Assembly: GCF_001194135.2 (NCBI RefSeq)
Contig: NC_068999.1
Coordinates: forward strand, 23,661,024 to 23,725,023
Length of the DNA stretch: 64,000 bases
Reading direction: 5' to 3'
Source of the DNA: Octopus bimaculoides
Taxonomy: Eukaryota
Positions 25,030-36,566 of the stretch are shown in pieces. Each line of letters starts with the position of its first letter. The first letter of the stretch is position 1. The position numbers and the translations under genes were made by a program. The notes beneath the pieces were generated by a model. The model saw nothing but the letters and a program-made list of their open reading frames with translations. It had not been told where the DNA came from and searched no databases.

Positions 25030-26660
25030 TCTGGGTGCATGACGTTGCAAAAAACATGGACAAAATGATAAACAAGGTACAAAAAACAAGCAGGGCACAT
25101 AGAGAACATATCCTTCGTTTATTTGTGCTTGGTCTGTGGTCGTGCTTGACTGAACAAAAGTAAAGTGAGAAGACTTGGAATTTGGGAGAATTATTTTTTG
25201 CACATATGTCTGTGTCCTCTCAATGGGATCTGTCTAGTACTGGAGTCTTGTATTTGGTGAGATGAATAGTTAGTTTATTTCTCAGAGTGGGTTTTATTCG
25301 ACCTGCATAACAGCCTTTACATTTAATAACATATATTAAATTTCTTGACAAACAAGTTAAATGATTTTTTTTTATGATAAAAAATCTGTCATGATTTCAA
25401 TTCATGTTTTTTGTCTTCAATGAGATTGCTGCAAGGGGGTCTACACTTTTTGACTGTTGGTGTGGGATTTGTGGAAGGTAATTTAGTGCTGATGAGTAGT
25501 TTTTTGAAGAATTTTGAGTTGTCTTTAGCTTTTGATTATTTTGTATATTTCAAGTGCTTGTTTCATTATTGGGTCTTGTCTCAGTAGCAAAATATTCTGG
25601 TGGATAATGTGTTTTGAGGGTTGTGTGTTGTAATAAAGAGTAGAGTATAGGGTGTATCTGAAGTGTTTTTTTTTTTTGTTTTTCATAATTCTTCAATATC
25701 TATTGTGTTGGCATGTTGATGATTACAATTCCAAGAATGGTAGTTGAGTTTTACTGTCTTCCATTGTGAAGTTAATATTATTGTTTATGCAGATAATTAG
25801 GCTTTTGAAATCAATAAGCTGGTCAAAAGTGTGCGTCCACAAAATCACTCAGTCATCTAAATAACATTTCTAGTTTTCTAGTAAAGACTTATGGAAGTTG
25901 ATGCCATATTTTAACTTAGATTGTTCATATATCTGAACCTCCATATATACCATGACTTTATTGGCCTAAGTTGTAACAACTTTTGTACCCATCACAATCC
26001 TAGATATTTGCTTGTAAATATTGCCAAGGATGAATTTTAATCTTTCAATGATGAAACTTTTTCCAGTTCTGTCTGGAATTTTTCAAGCCAGAAACTTATC
26101 GCCTCTAGTCCATGTTGGTGCAGGATCATGGTATAGAAGTTTACTACATCAAATAGTACAATAATGTTGTCTTTGTAAACAGCTTTTGAGAGGTGGTTTA
26201 AGAGGTCCAGGTCATCCTTTACAAGACTCGGCATGTATTTTAAGATAGGTTCCAGTAATATATCTAATATACTGTCGAGTCAGTGTGTTTCACTTAGGAC
26301 CTGCTACAACTGATCTAAATTTAAGGTCAGTGAGATGTTGCATGTTTATATAATTAGAAGTTGATTCTTTACAGATTTGATTCTTATGAATTTTGGGGAG
26401 ACTGTAGAAGTAGCCAGTTTTGCAATCAAAATGAGTTAGGTAGTCAGTCACATTCTTTGTTTGTTAAACCATTTTGGTGTTGGTGAACACTCATTCAGTT
26501 TTGTCATCGTCTTTGATCTTTGGTAAATGTTTACCTTTTCATAATAGGTTGTATCATGTAGCAGAGATAATATAGCACTTTTGTAGCATTCAACATCCAT
26601 AATAATTACAGCCGTTCCTTTATCTGCTTCCTTAGTTTTAATGTCATTATTGTTTTTGAG
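25030..26660 (-). mobile_element. Degenerate Penelope-like retroelement (RT + GIY-YIG endonuclease)
   Basis: KEADKGTAVIIMD; KFRSVVAGP; VLFDVVNFYTMILHQHGLEAISFWL; NINFTMEDSKTQLPFLE; NLIYVIKCKGC; many stops and frameshifts. Confidence 0.85.
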
Positions 26661-27081
26661 TTCATGTATAATTCCCCATTCCTTTCAACTGGTATTAAGT
26701 TTGATTTTAGGGTGTGGTAGTTTTTTGTATGGGAAAGTGGAAATATATAGACATACATGGCTATGCTTTCCTCTGTGTGTGTGCGTGTGTGTGTTTATGT
26801 CACTCCATAAGGAGCAAAGGGCAAGTTTCCCCGTTTCTGTGGCATATATATATATACATATATATATGTTATGAGAGGTAATGGTGTCAAAAAGACCCAA
26901 AGGTGTCAGGTAATGCTGAGTAAGTGCTATGGACAGACTATAGTTAAGCTCCAGGTTCGGTGATTATGCAAATGAGGAGTCTAACATAGGTCATATGTCA
27001 GCATGTGTATATATACAAAGATTAACAGAATGAGATAAAAATCTAAGGCTGTAAAGATTTCAGAACACTTATAAATAGAAG

Positions 27082-27129
27082 GTCTTACAGCTATTTCCGG
27101 GATATTTTATATATCCCTTCATCGGAGAC
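27082..27129 (-). ncRNA. Minimal type I hammerhead ribozyme, variant core
   Basis: Minus strand: gtct-CCGATGA-a-gggatat ataaa atatccc-g-GAAA-t agct gt-A-agac. Confidence 0.6.
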
Positions 27130-27361
27130 AATGTGAGAAAATTACTTCAAAAAAACTCTCGATTCAATAACTCCGTTTACGAACTCTATGCTTGGAATGG
27201 CCAATTTTAAATACTATTGGAACTTAATCACAAGGTCAGGAATCTTATATGTATACCAAATTGCCTAAATAATGGAACTGAAAATACAATATCCCTGCAT
27301 ATCTCACGTCTATTTTCATTCCTCCACTTCACTCTCTATTGCTTAACCATTTTCTCACACC

Positions 27362-27409
27362 GTCTCCGATGAAGGGGAATATAAAATATCCCGGAAACTG
27401 CTGTAAGAC
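27362..27409 (+). ncRNA. Minimal type I hammerhead ribozyme, variant core
   Basis: gtct-CCGATGA-a-ggggaatat aaa atatccc-g-GAAAC-tgct-GTA-agac: stem I gtct/agac, stem II, 2-bp stem III, GUA cleavage triplet. Confidence 0.6.
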
Positions 27410-27494
27410 CTATTTATAAATGTTCTGAAATCATTACAGTCTTGGATTTTTATCTCATTCTTTTAATTTATTTATATATATATATATATATTTC

Positions 27495-27665
27495 TCCCTG
27501 AATGGGACTCTGACCTGCTGCAGAATTACTCATTTTTACTAGCTGAGTGGACAGGAGCAATGTGAAATGAAGTGTTTTGCTCAAAAACATAATGCATTGC
27601 CTGCTCCAGAAATCAAAACAACAATCATGATCATGAGTTCAACACCCTACCACTAAGCCATGTTC
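27495..27665 (-). mobile_element. tRNA-derived SINE (family D)
   Basis: Minus strand catggcttagtggtagggtgttgaactc...ttgctcctgtccactcagctagtaaaaatgagt; homologous to 31611. Confidence 0.65.
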
Positions 27666-27749
27666 CTTCACACACACACACATACACGTATGCATATGTA
27701 ATATATATATATATATATGAGTGAAGTAGCGCAACAAATGAACTGAAGT

Positions 27750-28125
27750 AGCACTCAGCTCATATAGTTGGATTTGTATTTATTAATAAGTTGTCTTATC
27801 TCCTTGTGTCACTTGAAGTTTTGTGCATGTGAAAAATACTTGACAAGCTATGTGTGTTATCTGATAGCAAATACTCTAAGCAGACTGGTGGAGGTCTACT
27901 CAAAGTCTTTTAATATTTGAAGAAATATTTCAAAATTACTGTAGGGAGTATTCAAGTTTTCAGATTGTATTTTTCTTCACAGTTCATTGATAGGGGGCAA
28001 AGAAAGACAGCAGAGCTTTAGATCAATTTATATTTAGGGATTTAAAACTTTAGGAAATGCAAAACAACTTGAAAATGCACACACACACACACACACACAG
28101 GTTTAATGGAAGAGTGAAATTAGTT
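27750..28125 (-). mobile_element. Penelope-like RT fragment
   Basis: Shares about 80 nt with 24820-24900; translation recalls the FTMDVKSLYT..ALKHF..LLRLAELVL region, highly degraded. Confidence 0.5.
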
Positions 28126-28299
28126 TAGAGTGGGAGAAGGAAAGATAAATGGAAAAAAAGAAGAGAAGCTTGCAAGGGTAAGGTGGAGGGATAAAATAAG
28201 GTAAGAGGGAGCAGATTAAGGATAAAAATGCTGTTACTGAAATAAGAGGGGTCAGTGTGTTAAAGGGAAAAAATGTTCACTTTTAATCATTTCTGTCAT

Positions 28300-28960
28300 G
28301 GTTCTGAAACTGAATATGAAATATTCTTTCTTTCTGTTTCTTTGAGCATGCATATCCATTATGTGCAGAGGTGCTGCACATTGATAAATATGTAATGAAA
28401 TGGCCCATTTTATTGAAATTGGTGTTGACCGGCTGTCCCTGCATATGTAGAAATATGCTTCAAGTATATTTGCAAAAGTGATCAGCCAAGTTTCTCTCAT
28501 TTCCCCAGTGTAAATACCATCCCAAAGTTTGAAGATGGTGCAATGTTTTAGGTTGGAAGATTTGCCTAAGTTTTGCGTGATGTGGTACTGTGACTTATGC
28601 CTAGTGATGGTTGTAGTGTTGTTAATGTTGGGAAAGGGGTTGCTATAATTTAAATGTTCTTCGGTGCTGTGGAGTTTTTAACTAGGAATTTGCTGAAGCT
28701 CCTATTTTTCTTGAAGGTGAGGAGAGGTGATGTGGGTAAGGTCAGAGCAGTTATGAGGTCAAAGAGTAGGATTTTGAAGCTGCAGATGTTCCAATGAGTG
28801 GGAAGTGAGAGCAGGTGGAATCTGATTTGTTGGAGGGTGGTAGCATAATAAATGGCCTTGGCTCAGTGGAATGTCAAGTCTACAATTGATCAAGTGTCCT
28901 ATCCATACATTAAGAAATTTGATGTTCTCGCATTCTGATTTGAAATTTGAAACAATGCTG
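28300..28960 (-). mobile_element. Penelope-like C-terminal/GIY-YIG fragment
   Basis: SPLLTFKKNRSFSKFLVK; YTGE..LADHF; QPVNTNFN. Confidence 0.6.
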
Positions 28961-29245
28961 CACAGTTGACAAGACCAAAGGCAGATTTAGTGTGCTCAGA
29001 GTAAAAGGGAAAATGGTGGAGATAGGAGTGGGGTTCTGGAAGTTTGTAGTGGACAGAGGTGGGCTGGTGGATATTGTTAATATCTATATACGTATATTTG
29101 TATGTGTGTATGTAATTATATTTTTCAGCTGCATTGAATTACTTTATCTCTAGATTTTTTTTGATACACAATTTATATTGTATTTCCTTCACACACACAC
29201 AGCACTTTGTCTAGATTTTTGATGCAATTTGTATTGTATTTCTTT

Positions 29246-29277
<32 letters not shown>

Positions 29278-29511
29278 TATCTCCCCATAACTAGACATGC
29301 TTTCATGGAAGACTGAACATAAAGAACACTACTTCAATAACAGTAATGTTTCTTTACAACCATCATGTGATGTCAAGACAAGGAGACATTAACACACACA
29401 CACAGATTGTTAGTTCTTTTACTATCATTTCATGACTTATTCTGTTATTTTACTGGTTACTGTAAGTATAAAATCTCTCAACATGGAATAGTAGTGTGTT
29501 GACTTTCTTAA

Positions 29512-29686
29512 CCCTTTAGCATCTAAACCAGTCACATTCAGCCTCTCACACCTACCCTACAATGTCATTTTAAAAATAAACAATCACATCATCAAAATCT
29601 CAAAGCTACAAGATAATGCATGTGTAATTCAAAGCAATGCAAATAAATAAGCATTGCATTTGACAGAATAATACAAATGCTAAAGA
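29512..29686 (-). mobile_element. TTAA-associated MITE copy
   Basis: ttaa+ccctttagcat...aaatgctaaaga; internal sequence is the reverse complement of the 36348 copy. Confidence 0.65.
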
Positions 29687-30009
29687 TTTATTCTTGGTGC
29701 TTTTACAAGTAATGTTTCTTTCTTTGATTTCTCTAATTTTTTAGTTACTAGTTAACCCATCTCAAGTTAGAATTAATTATCCCCATCCTTTTATTTCTAA
29801 ATTCAGTGTTTTAGAGGTTTACTTCATTATTCAAACTCCTCTGCTTGAGATTATTTGTCATAGATTGAATATTGGAATTTTTATCTACATTTAGTTTCTG
29901 TTAGGATATAAATAAGTAAAGATTGTTTTTTATCTGGTATAAGGGTTGTACTTGTGTCTATAAAAATAGACACAAGTACTACTTATATAAGAACATTCTT
30001 TAACCTATT

Positions 30010-30305
30010 TTAGAATTGTATCTATGAGAGTCTGCCAAATGTTGACCCAACTGAGGGACCAGCTATCCAGATTGACTGTACCCTGGTAGATAAAACAATT
30101 AAGGATATGAAGACAGGGAAAGCCCCTGGCTCATCAGGAATCACTGCAGAGATGCTTAAAATATCTGGCAGTGTGGATTATGGTCTAGTCACCCATAATG
30201 TAAATCAGGTGGTTCATGAAGGAGTCATACCTAATGACTGGTGTAGCAGCACCATAGTAAACTGCTACAAAGGTAAAGGTAATACCTTAGATAGAAATAA
30301 TTCAA
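30010..30305 (+). mobile_element. RTE LINE fragment (start of the RT domain)
   Basis: MKTGKAPGSSGITAEMLK..VIPNDWCSSTIVNCYKGKG; followed directly by an RTE 3' tail at 30306-30575. Confidence 0.85.
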
Positions 30306-31349
30306 ATGTTGGGCTTCTCGGAGGCAATGACCAAGACCTTTGGCATTGTCGTGCTTGAGAAGAAGACCTGCCAAGCTGAGCAAAATCGTAGTTGTGACAG
30401 ATACCGGTGTCACCCAAATGGCACTCTCAGAGTGGTTGGTGTTAGGAAGGGCATCCAGCCATAGAAAACCATGCCAAATCAGACTGGAGTCTGGTGCAGC
30501 CTTCCAGCATGCCAGCTCAGTCAACCCATTCAACCCATGCCAGCATGGACAACAGATGTTAAATGATGATGATGTTGTGCAGATTCATATATATATTTGT
30601 TTGCATATATGTATTTGTGTGTGTGTGTGCTTGTACACACACACACACACACATTCACATGGCCACAGCCTTAGGGATGAAGCATGTAAAAGAATATATG
30701 CACACACATGTGTGTGTATCTACGTATATATATATATTACACAAGGCACAGGCTTGGCTGTATGGTTTAGAAGTTTGCTTCTCAGTCACATGTTTTTGGG
30801 TTCAGTCCCAATCTTCTACTCTCTAGCCTTGGGCAGACCTAGGTTTTATGAGTCAATATAGTCAACAGAAACTGAAAGAAGACCATTGTATGTATGTGTG
30901 AGTGTATCAGTGCCTTCTTGTCTTGGCTCCATACATTAATTATAAATGAGTGTCACCATCATACAAGCGGTGTCCTTTGTTTTTAATCTTCTGTGAAAAC
31001 ATGTCCAGTTGGGGGGAAATATTACTTTACTTGGAAACAGGTGAGGGTTGGTGACAGGAAGGGTATCCAGCTATAGAAAATTGACTGCAACAAATTCTAA
31101 TCTATGTAAAAGTGGATGTTAAAATGATATATACTTATATATACTTAAAATATATATACTTCTATATATTTCATTATCATTATCTTTTTAAATCCACTTT
31201 TGCATGCTTGTTATAGGTCAGTTGGAATTTAAGGTAGATTTTTATACTCCCATACTTTTGCTATTGCCAGTATTAATCTGTTTCCAAACAAAGTAATATT
31301 TTCCTATGGTCGAATATATTTATACAGAAGGTAGTAAACAAAGGACACC

Positions 31350-32100
31350 ACTTAAATAACAGTGACAGATAGTATGATGCCTGTGTATGAACAGCAACAC
31401 TATAATGGTAGTGAGATGTGAACCCTGAATGCATAGTACATGCAACAACTAGAAAATAATGAAGCTAGTATTCTCCAGTGGATATCAGTGTGGATGTATG
31501 ACAAAATGCAAATGTGTTGAGAGAAAAATTAGGCATAAGAAGAATCAGATGTAGTGTGTAGGAGAGAAGGCTGCACTGGTATGGTTATATTTTGCATATG
31601 GATAGCAATAGAGGGTGCATGGCTAAGTGGTTATGATATTCAGCTCAAAATCATATGGTTTATGAGTTCGATACTGGTGAAGTATTGAGTATTTCAGCAA
31701 GATACTTTATTTCATGTTGCTCCAGTCCACTCAGCTGGCAAAGATGAGTTGTACCTGTATTTAAAAGAGCCAACTTTGTCACGTCTGTATTACACTGAAT
31801 CTCCCTGAGAACTATGTTAAGGGTATGTGTATCTGTGGCTGCTCAAGCAAGTTGTTCCATTGATCGGATCAACTGGAACCCTTGTCATTATAACCAACAA
31901 AAAGCCAGTTTTATGGATGACAACAGCTGTATAAAAAAAAGTGCCTGTTCCTTAAAGTGGATGAAACTTGTGAAAGCAGGAGACCTAGGAAGACATTGGA
32001 TGAAGTAGCGAAAACGTCTCAAAATATTTAGCTGCACAGTGAGAGGAACAAGATGATTAGCATTTTGCTGTGCTTGATAAGACCTGCCTACCATGGCAAA
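31350..32100 (+). mobile_element. RTE LINE fragment interrupted by SINE family D (31611-31850)
   Basis: REKLGIRRIRC..RRLHWYG before the SINE and MDDNSCIKK..RPRK after it. Confidence 0.7.
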
Positions 32101-32689
32101 ATTAAGATCCAAGAAGCATTGGACTTATATCTATACACTCTCTGGGTCCTGCCCCTGTACCCAATCCGTTTCCTGTACCCGGTCTGTCCCCATCAAGCTT
32201 TCCTTACCTTTCACCATGACTGGAGTGCAGCAGTTGCTTAATCAAATAACACATTTACATAGCAGAAATGATCATCATTATTACAATGGCAGCATCAGCT
32301 CACTAACACTGTGTAGCATGATTTTTGTCCTTGGGTAGCAACTGTAAAAAGTATGAAAAATGGCTAATATTTCCTTCAAACTTTGCTTTTCTTACATTTA
32401 TTCAAATCCCAAAGAATCCCTCTCAACACATGGCTATGATGCTCCTCCACTACTCCTGCTCATGATCAGAGATTCACATATTGTCAACCACTAAGAGACA
32501 TGCTCAAGTGGTTAAGGTCAAGCAACTGACAAAGCAAATTTGTGGTATTGAGCAGAATATTTACTATAACGACATTTCAGCTTCAGTAACTCAGCATTGA
32601 ATCATTCTGAAACATTGATGTCCAGGTCACAAAAGCAAAGTTTTAAGGGAATAGTAGTCATTTCCTTTGATTTCTGGCTATAAGCAAAT

Positions 32690-33325
32690 AGGAAAATAAC
32701 ACTTACTAACCAAAGAAAAAGAAAAAAAATTAATTTGTTACACAGTGTAAGCATCAACTGACAATAGAGCAGTTTAAATACCTTGGAGTTGTAGTCATGA
32801 GTGATGGAAATCAGAAGGCTGAATTGGATGCTAGAATCACAGGTGCTAACACAGTAATACTGCAGCTTCAGCATTCAATTCGTAAAAGAGAAGTTGATAA
32901 AAAAACCAAACTCGGTATCTTCAGTTTGGTCTCCATGCTTATCCCTACTTGTGGTCATAATTGTTGGGTAATGACCAAAGAATACACTTGCAAACACAAG
33001 TGGCCAAAATGGAGTTCCTCCAAAGGATCTTTTGTGTAGCCTTGAGGATCAAGGAGTCTCTTCGGGTTAAGTCACTACTTCTTTGCATTGAGAGGTCACA
33101 GCTCTGGAACTGTGGTACTACAAAATGTTGCAGGAAAGGATCACAAGCCGAACCAACTTGCAGGTGACCCGTGAGTAGACCACTAGTGAGATGGTTGGAT
33201 AATATCTCTAGTTTCTGTTGGTCACTCTTGGGAATCCAGTTTGAAAGTTTAATGAAGGTTGTTTCTAATAGGGTTGTATGGAGGAGGTGACCAAGGACTC
33301 CACTGCCACTGCCCTCCCAGGATTA
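32690..33325 (+). mobile_element. Rex3/Expander-like RTE LINE 3' fragment
   Basis: QFKYLGVVVMSDGNQKAELDARITGANTVILQLQHSI.KREVDKKTKLGIF..LIPTCGHNCWVMT..AKMEFLQRI..VKSLLLCIERSQLW. Confidence 0.75.
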
Positions 33326-33589
33326 GTGGTCAGTGAGACTGGGTGAATTGATGCGATAGACCCATAAGTGTGAGGGAATTTCAAAGAAGAAAAGTTCAGT
33401 ATAATAAGAAATTTTCAATTTCATAAACGAAAGTGAAAGGAATAGTAAGGAAAGAAAACAAAAAAATGAATTGAGGAAAGAGGGAGATAGAAAGAGAGAA
33501 AGATAAAGAGACAAAGGAAAGGATAAAAGGAAAAGAGTACTGAGAGAGCACAAACCTCCACTAAGGTAACACCAATGTCCTCTCAATGA

Positions 33590-33869
33590 TTAACCAGAGA
33601 TGATTTTTAAAATGAGAACATCTAAAATAAACTCAACTGCTCTCACAAATGAGAATACTAAAAATGAACCTGACCACTCCCAAAAATTAAGTAAAAAAAT
33701 AGGAAAAATAATCCAGAACCCTTGTCCGGTACTGGATCAATCCCAGTCACGTGGCCAAACATCTCTGAAAGTTTCATCCAAATCCATCCAGTGGTTCTTG
33801 AGATATCTTGTCCAAAGACAAACAAACAAACATTGCTGAAAACAATACCACTACCTTGGCGGAGGTAAT
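33590..33869 (+). mobile_element. Non-autonomous Helentron-like (HINE-type) element
   Basis: Ends gaaaacaataccactaccttggcggaggtaat (terminal GC hairpin); body aagtttcatccaaatccatccagtggttcttgagatatcttg followed by caaa repeats. Confidence 0.5.
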
Positions 33870-34004
33870 GAAACACATGAGGAAAATGGAGGTGAGAAAT
33901 AAATCTCAAGTCACTGTCCCTCATGGAATGAACCAAAAATTGAATGATTAACAGATGTAGAGATTTAGAGTGGTGTTAAGTTTAACCTTAATATTATATT
34001 TATT

Positions 34005-34190
34005 AAGGCAGTGAGTTGACATTATTGTTAGCACTCCAGGCAAAATGCTTAGTAATCTGTCTTCTCATTCTGAGTTCAAATTCTGTCGAGGTCAATTTTG
34101 CCTTTCCTCTTTTCAGGGTTGATAAAATAAGTACCAGCTGTAATTGATTTACCCCTCCCACAAACTTACTGACATTGTCCCTAGACTAGC
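34005..34190 (+). mobile_element. tRNA-derived SINE (family B, Meta/MESC-like central domain)
   Basis: ggcagtgagttg..gttagcactcc..gagttcaaattc..ttttgcctttcctcttttcagggttgataaaataagtaccag; further copies at 36060-36270, 43095-43270(-), 52960-53280, 54020-54210 and 3075-3145(-). Confidence 0.7.
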
Positions 34191-35049
34191 TTTGATCAAG
34201 TAAAACCCATGACATGACGAAGTTGTGACACAGAGATCTATTTTTTTGTCTAATCTGGACTAAATAGATCTCTGCTTAAATGAAACTCAAACTGCACACA
34301 CCTGCTGAATCATGTGGAATGCAGTGTGACAGCCTGGACAATCTGTTGCATTCTCTTCAGTGTCCAGTTTATTATGTATGTTGGTTATTTAAGCTCGAGC
34401 TGGATTTAATTGACCAGATCTATCATCCATGACTTCTCAGCCATGAACATTCAACATGTTTTCAAATATAATTTAATTTGGACAACACTATGAAATGTGT
34501 CTTCTTTGTGATGGTGAGATATTTAAATTCACTTGCATTTAACGAGGATATCCTATTTACCAAATTAATACTCTAAGCAACAAATTATACAATTTCAGTA
34601 TATTGTTGGTAATAAAGATTAATGGTTAAATTACACTTGAATGAATTATTAGACAAAAACAGAACCTTTTTATTTTATTTTATTGTTTTTACTTAGTACA
34701 TTTAGTGTACATGTATTGGTGTGACAGTCATGTAGCTTATTGCCAAGGAAGTTTTTTTTTTTTTTTTTTNNNNNNNNNNTTTTTTTTTTTTTTTCATTTT
34801 CCTTTGGCATTCTTAAATTAGTCAAATCCTTACATCTTGACATACTTTGAATTACTCAAAGATAACAACTAGGATCATGCTGGTACAGAAAAGAATTAAG
34901 TGGGTGACTCACAAGGCTAATGTTGCTGTTAATGCAAACAGTAAAGAGTTAATTATAATATGATAAAAATATAGAAACAGTATTATCAATACTTGGATAA
35001 AAATCGTTTTTTTTTTTTACAAATTTTATCTATCATGAATATAAATATA

Positions 35050-35445
35050 GGTGTAGCTGTGTGGTAATAAGGTTACTTCCCAACCACTTGATTCTAGGTT
35101 CACTTCCACTATGTGGCACTTTGGGTAAGTGTCTTCTATTATATCCTTGGGCTGACCAAAGCCTTGTGAGTGGATTTGGTAGATAGAAATTGTAAGAAGA
35201 CAGTTTTGTATGTATGTGTGTGTGCATGTGTCTTTGTGTCTGTGTTTGTTCCCCACTACTGCTTGACAATCAGTGTTGGTGTGTTTACATCCCTGTAACT
35301 TGGTGGTTCAGCAAAAGACACCTATAGAATAAGTACCTGACTCAATAAGAAAATAAGTACTGGGGTCGATTAGTCCAACTAAAAATTCCTCAAGGCAGTG
35401 CCCCAGCATGGCCATAGTCTAGTAACTGAGACACGTAAAAGAAAA
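35050..35445 (+). mobile_element. SINE family A, full length
   Basis: Head, gtggcactttgggtaagtgtcttc, microsatellite, tail ending ccccagcatggccatagtc..actgagacacgtaaaag. Confidence 0.85.
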
Positions 35446-36059
35446 GATATATTGAAGAATTTCATGACACGGAAAAATAAGATAAAATTGCACTAGAATC
35501 TCAACATTGATGGGCTTTAATTCATTGAATTAATAAAGATAATTTGAACATATTTGATTCTTTTGACATCAGTTATTTAACAACAAAATAGTGACTACTG
35601 TTGCTTTAACTCCTCTGAAAATGGAAGCTTCCAGAATAATTTTATTCATATCAAATGTTTAGTTTTATTCTACTTTTTACTAATTTTTTGAAATCAGAAT
35701 CAATAAAAAAGAATCCTAAGCAATTAATCAAGATTGGTGTTTTAAAAATTATGTAATTAACAAAACTGTGCAATTGTCCAGTAATGCAATTCGTCAGAGT
35801 GACTATATATGTGTGCATGCATGCTAATACATATGTTGCATTATATAGACATGATATGAATAAAGTTTGATATTTTATAAAATGAAATCACTAAAAATTG
35901 AGCCTTATCTGCTCCAGTCAAACGCATTACTAAACAAGAAGTATTTATTACAAAATGTATTTTATATGATGTTGCTCAGTTCGGTATTTTAGGACAATGA
36001 ACCTGTCTGCTATTAACAGAACTTTGTTTGAGATTTAATATTACCCAATCAAAAGCCAG

Positions 36060-36270
36060 TCAGCTGGAAGAATTGTTAGCACACTAAGCAAAATAGTGCT
36101 TAGCAGTATTTTATCTGTCTTTATGTTCTTAGTTCAAATTTTGCCAAGGCTGATTTTGTTAGTCATCCTTTCAGAGTTGATAAAATAAGCACCAGCTGAG
36201 CACTGGAGTTGATGTAATCGACTTAACCTCTCCCCTGAAATTGTTGGCCTTGTGCTAAAATTTGAAATAT
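36060..36270 (+). mobile_element. SINE family B
   Basis: ctggaagaattgttagcacactaagcaaaat..ttagttcaaattttgcc..catcctttcagagttgataaaataagcaccagctgagcactgg. Confidence 0.75.
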
Positions 36271-36347
36271 TACCTAATCAACCTTAACTCTGTTCAGGAA
36301 ATAAATCTACAATATCTGTTAAGTGAAACGTGTTCATAACACATTAA

Positions 36348-36566
36348 CCCTTTAGCATTCTGATTACTTTGTCAAATGTAATGCTTATTTATTCACATTT
36401 TTTGAATTACTCATGCATTATCTTATAGCTTTGAGATTCCAATGATGTGTTTGTTTAGTTTTTGAATGACATTGTCAGGTGGGTATGAGAGGCTGCATCT
36501 GGCCAGTTTGAATATAAAACGGGTAGAATATTTTGGCTGGATATGGCCAGTTTGATTGCTAAAAGG
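36348..36566 (+). mobile_element. TTAA-flanked MITE (piggyBac-like), complete
   Basis: ttaa|ccctttagcatt ... attgctaaaagg|ttaa: terminal inverted repeats and TTAA on both sides. Confidence 0.75.

Larger units (their letters stand above)
27028..27460. repeat. Inverted repeat (arms 27028-27142 and 27349-27460, about 206-nt spacer), Penelope pLTR-like
   Basis: gaatgagataaaaatc...ggagacaatgtgagaaaat versus attttctcacaccgtctcc...gatttttatctcattc. Confidence 0.9.

Noticed and set aside
24820-28125. About 80-bp direct repeat (24820-24900 and 28035-28125) read as LTRs or a long TSD
   Set aside because: Both copies lie in homologous Penelope-like RT fragments, i.e. two copies of one repeat family.
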